Positions 9,627-13,371 of a stretch of 13,371 nucleotides of DNA are shown here, piece by piece. A model generated the notes under the pieces. The model ran no database searches. It saw only the letters and a program-made list of their open reading frames with translations, and was not told where the DNA came from. Source of the stretch: Octopus sinensis (lineage: Eukaryota); assembly GCF_006345805.1 (NCBI RefSeq), contig NW_021825548.1, positions 1-13,371 on the forward strand, written 5' to 3'. Each line of letters opens with the position of its first letter. Position 1 is the first letter of the stretch. The position numbers and the translations under genes are program-made.

Positions 9627-9835
9627 TTAAATTATGTCATTAATAAAGAGAAACTTTTTTTTTTTTAATTTTCTAATATTCTTCAGACATATTGACGCAA
9701 ATATATATATTTTTTAACATTTAAGCCTTCTGTAGTTTTTTCATTCTTTACTTACTTTTTTTCTATATATATATAGTATATATATATCTATTATATATAT
9801 ATATATTAGAGAGAGAAGAGAGAGAGAGAGAGAGA

Positions 9836-9932
9836 TCAGTAGGGTATAGAAGATCACTTGCTAAAATCAGAGCCAAGGCTCAAAACCACCAGATACTCTG
9901 ATTTTAGCAAGCGATATTATATACTCTACTGA
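9836..9932. repeat. Imperfect 37-bp inverted repeat with 23-nt loop
   Basis: 9836-9872 against 9896-9932 gives 33/37 complementary positions. Confidence 0.9.
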
Positions 9933-10239
9933 ATCTAAATTTACCTTATATTTCTGGACTGTAATGGCGTGAACTTGCTAGCCACCACCTTATTATTGCC
10001 TTATTATATTATTTATAACAATATAATACTCTTTATATATATATATATATATATACTAAGCAATAAAGGGTTAGCAACGAATTGCCTTACCACATACCGC
10101 ATTTAGAAATAGCAGCAAAGGGTTATAGCTATTTCTTCTACTAAAAAGGGAGATCTCAGTAAAAACAGCAATTGGAAGGCAGACACAAACAGGTAAGAGA
10201 GAATGAATTGACTACTGCAATCTATCATACATTTTAAGT

Positions 10240-10344
10240 TATCTACGGACGTACGTTTCGAAATCAAGTTTTTAGGAAAGCATAAGAATTAAATATTAAA
10301 TAATTCTATCTTACCGAAACTTCTTTTCTCTTCAGCGTAGGATA
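10240..10344 (-). ncRNA. Type I hammerhead ribozyme (inverted unit)
   Basis: Reverse complement of CUGAAGA at 10329-10335, GAAA at 10256-10259 and GUC at 10248-10250. Stem I is cuacg/cguag. Confidence 0.8.
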
Positions 10345-10781
10345 CTATAATCATAAATGATTATATATTGAATTTTGAGATACTAGAAGCACCAACCAAC
10401 TCAGTATCAGAGCGAGCTAGAATCCGCAACTAGTATCACCGAATTCAATTTGTGAATGAAACGATTGTGTTCCCAACCCCGTCCCTCCCACCCGCGTGTA
10501 GCCAAAACAAGATGCTGTGGTCATCTACTGAGATAAAATAATGGTGTTATCCGTAATAATGAAGGGTGAAATTAATTAATTTGGAATAATTATCAATTAC
10601 ACCCAAGTAGTCTCGGCATGTAAAAGCCCTCACGCGGGTGGGAAGGGGCTGGTGACACAATCGTTTCATTCACAAATTGAATTCGGTGATACTAGTTTGC
10701 GGATTCTAGCTCGCTCTGATACTGAGTTGAGTTGGTGCCTTCTAGTATCTCAAAATTCATATATAATCAATTATGATTAAG

Positions 10782-10885
10782 TATCTACGCTGAAGAGAAA
10801 AGAAGTTTCGGTAAGATAGAATTATTTAATATTTAATTCTTATGCTTTCCTAAAAACTTGATTTCGAAACGTACGTCCGTAGATA
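10782..10885 (+). ncRNA. Type I hammerhead ribozyme (unit 1)
   Basis: Stem I UAUCUACG (10782-89) / CGUAGAUA (10878-85). CUGAAGA at 10790-96. Stem II closed by G10797-C10865. GAAA at 10866-69. Stem III AC-[GUAC]-GU. GUC triplet with predicted cleavage after 10877. Confidence 0.85.
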
Positions 10886-11368
10886 ACTTAAAAATGTATG
10901 ATAGATTGCAGTCAATCATTCTCTCTTACCTGTTTGTGTCTGCCTTCCATTGCTGTTTTTACTGAGATCTCCCTTTTTAGTAGAAGAAATAGCTATAAAC
11001 CCTTTGACTGCTATTTCTAAATTCGGTATGTGGTAAGGCAATCGTTGCTAAACCCTTTATTGCTTAGTATTACTTAAATTTTCCTCGAATGAGGCTTTTA
11101 CTGCCGAAGACTACTTGGTGTAATTGATAATTATTCCAAATTAATTAATTTCACCCTTCATTATTACGGATAACCATATTTATCTCAGTAGATGACCACA
11201 GCATCTTGTTTTGGCTACACGCGGGTGGGAAGGGGCTGGTGACACAATCGTTTCATTCACAAATTGAATTCGGTGATACTAGTTGCGGATTCTGCTCGCT
11301 CTGATACTGAGTTGAGTTGGTGCCTTCTAGTATCTCAAAATTCAATATATAATCATTTATGATTATAG

Positions 11369-11473
11369 TATCCTACGCTGAAGAGAAAAGAAGTTTCGGT
11401 AAGATAGAATTATTTAATATTTAATTCTTATGCTTTCCTAAAAACTTGATTTCGAAACGTACGTCCGTAGATA
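11369..11473 (+). ncRNA. Type I hammerhead ribozyme (unit 2)
   Basis: CUGAAGA at 11378-84, GAAA at 11454-57, GUC at 11463-65, with the same stems as unit 1. Confidence 0.85.
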
Positions 11474-11959
11474 ACTTAAAAATGTATGATAGATTGCAGT
11501 CAAATTCATTCTCTCTTACCTGTTGTATCTGCCTTCCAATGCTGTTTTTACTGAGATCTCCCTTTTTAGTAGAAGAAATAGCTATAACCCTTTGACTGCT
11601 ATTTCTAAATTCGGTATGTGGTAAGGCAATTCGTTGCTAAACCCTTTATTGCTTAGTATTACTTAAATTTTCCTCGAATGAGGCTTTTACATGCCGAAGA
11701 CTACTTGGTGTAATTGATAATTATTCAAATTAATTAACTTCACCCTTCATTATTACGGATAACCATATTTTATCTCAGTAGATGACCACAGCATCTTGTT
11801 TTGGCTACACGCGGGTGGGAAGGGGCTGGTGACACAATCGTTTCATTCACAAATTTGAATTCGGTGATACTAGTTGCGGATTCTAGTTCGCTCTGATACT
11901 GAGTTGAGTTGGTGCCTTCTAGTATCTCCAAATTCAATATATAATCATTTATGATTATA

Positions 11960-12066
11960 GTATCCTACGCTGAAGAGAAAAGAAGTTTCGGTAAGATAGA
12001 ATTATTTAATATTTAATTCTTATGCTTTCCTAAAAACTTGATTTCGAAACGTACGTACGTAGATAC
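11960..12066 (+). ncRNA. Type I hammerhead ribozyme (unit 3, GUA triplet)
   Basis: CUGAAGA at 11970-76, GAAA at 12046-49, GUA at 12055-57, then CGUAGAUAC pairing with GUAU(C)CUACG. Confidence 0.8.
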
Positions 12067-12355
12067 TTAAAAATGTATGATAGATTGAGTCAATTCATTC
12101 TCTCTTTACCTGTTTGTGTCTGCCTTCCAATTGCTGTTTTTTTACTGAGATCTCCCTTTTTAGTAGAAGAAATAGCTATAACCCTTTGACTGCTATTTCT
12201 AAATTCGGTATGTGGTAAGGCAATTCGTTGCTAACCCTTATTGCTTAGTATTACTTAAATTTTCCTCGAATGAGGCTTTTACATGCCGAAGACTACTTGG
12301 TGTAATTGATATTATTCCAAATTAATTAATTTCACCCTTCATTATTACGGATAAC

Positions 12356-12371
12356 TATATATATATATATA

Positions 12372-12406
<35 letters not shown>

Positions 12407-12548
12407 GTGTGTGTGGGTGCGTGTGTGTGTATATGTTATATATATATATATAATATATATATATATATGTATATATATATGTATATATATATTATATATG
12501 TTATATATATATGTATATATATGTATATATATATATGCACACACATAT
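12356..12548. repeat. Compound (TA)n/(TG)n microsatellite
   Basis: Direct reading. Confidence 0.95.
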
Positions 12549-12850
12549 AATGAATGGGGAAAAACAAGAAAAAACACACTAGTTTTCACATAGGTGTTAT
12601 AAGTAAGCCTGAAAAGAAAGCCTGAAAAGAAAGGGAAAGGGTCCTTGATATTTAAGACACTAGAGTTCTTCAGTAGAAAAACGAAAACAGAAAAAAGATG
12701 GCGGGGTGGAGAGCAAGAAACAAAAAGAAACAATCTCGAATGAGGTATGTTATAAATTAAATTGTTTGCTACCTTGCGACTACTTGTTCAAGCTTTTGTT
12801 TCATATTATATATATGTATATATATATATTCTTTTTTTCTTTTTTTTTAT

Positions 12851-13246
12851 TTCTTTCAGTCATTTGACTGCGGCCATGCTGGAGCACTGCCTTCAATCGA
12901 GCAACTCGACCCCGGTACTTATTCTTTTGTAAGCCCAGTACTTATTCTATCGGACTCTTTTGCCGAACCGCTAAGTAAGGAGGACATAAACATACCAGCA
13001 TCGGTTGTCAAGCAATGCTAGAAGGACAAACACAGACACACAAACACACACACGCATATATATATATATATACATATATACGACGGGCTTCTTTCAGTTT
13101 CGGTCTACCAAATCCACTCACAAGGCTTTGGTTGGCCCGAGGCTATAGTAGAAGACCACTTGCCCAAGGTGCCACGCACTGGGACTGAACCCGGAACCAT
13201 GCGGTTTGGTAAACAAGCCTACTTACACACAGCTACTCCTGCGCCT
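12851..13246 (-). mobile_element. tRNA-derived SINE family 1, apparently full length, with internal (TA/TG)n
   Basis: Minus strand starts aggcgcaggagTAGCTGTGTG (A-box-like), has B box GGTTCAGTCCC, a central microsatellite at ~13030-13081, and a 3' tail ending gtcaaatgactgaaagaaataaaa. Resembles recalled octopus SINEs. Confidence 0.88.
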
Positions 13247-13371
13247 ATATATATATATATTGTAATCCTGGAGGGTTTATTATCCGGAAGGATACCGTGG
13301 TGGCTCTGAGATATGTTCCAGTGTTACGGCCAACCGCATCGATCGGTATTTAATTATAAATTTTTCCCTAT

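Larger units (their letters stand above)
8245..9770 (-). mobile_element. Penelope-like element remnant 2: 5'-truncated, with an inverted copy of its 3' end at the 5' junction
   Basis: ~400-bp arms at 8245-8641 and 9367-9770 are near-identical inverted repeats. The minus strand of 9366-8580 reads (with frameshifts) YPAQLIEDGMRRA..LPYISTYNPRN..DPKLKEIL..IKSYKQPKSLKKILTKAK..KCGRSNCATCPNL..SENIIYVIKCSGCHQDYVGSTGLSLRRRCTLHRQQI..QIRLNKETFFIEKYKPRLN. This is a Cys-rich linker plus GIY-YIG endonuclease. Confidence 0.88.
10053..12355 (+). repeat. ~590-bp tandem array: one inverted unit (10053-10632), direct units starting at 10634, 11221 and 11811 (last truncated at ~12355)
   Basis: The anchor gcgggtgggaaggggctggtgacac recurs at 10634, 11221 and 11811 (periods 587 and 590). 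10053-10632 is the reverse complement of a circularly permuted unit. (TA)n flanks both sides. No ORF of 60 aa or more lies inside the array. Confidence 0.95.

Noticed and set aside
11070-11135. Second hammerhead-like motif in each unit (cgaatga-ggc ttttacat gcc-gaag)
   Set aside because: The core reads CGAAUGA and GAAG, not CUGANGA and GAAA, and I found no convincing stems I or III.
10634-12355. Antisense hammerhead in the unit (an ambisense, viroid-like arrangement)
   Set aside because: No TCNTCAG was found on the + strand of the direct units. The only minus-strand HHR comes from the inverted unit.
10053-12355. CRISPR array or protein-coding repeat
   Set aside because: Units are ~590 bp and identical throughout, with no variable spacers and no ORF of 60 aa or more.
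12332-12733. 133-aa and 62-aa ORFs
   Set aside because: They are microsatellite-derived IY/TH repeats.

Overview
AT-rich, microsatellite-dense eukaryotic DNA that is repeat-dominated and probably non-genic. The tRNA-derived SINE types resemble those I recall from octopus, so a cephalopod origin is an inference, not a result. No intact host gene is supported, and most ORF-track entries are microsatellite or antisense artefacts. Contents: two tRNA-derived SINE families (3 copies each), a Helentron/HINE-like element, a decayed run of four pipsqueak/CENP-B-type HTH repeats, a probable HERO-like LINE fragment, a mariner transposase 3' fragment, and two different Penelope-like element (PLE) remnants with GIY-YIG endonuclease. 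One PLE has an inverted terminal duplication carrying a variant hammerhead motif. The main result is a non-coding ~590-bp tandem array at 10053-12355 (one inverted plus ~2.9 direct units, between (TA)n tracts). Every unit holds a complete type I hammerhead ribozyme core, suggesting a retrozyme-like or ribozyme-satellite element that could yield ~590-nt monomer or circular RNAs. Copies differ mostly by homopolymer indels, so assembly error is a caveat throughout.
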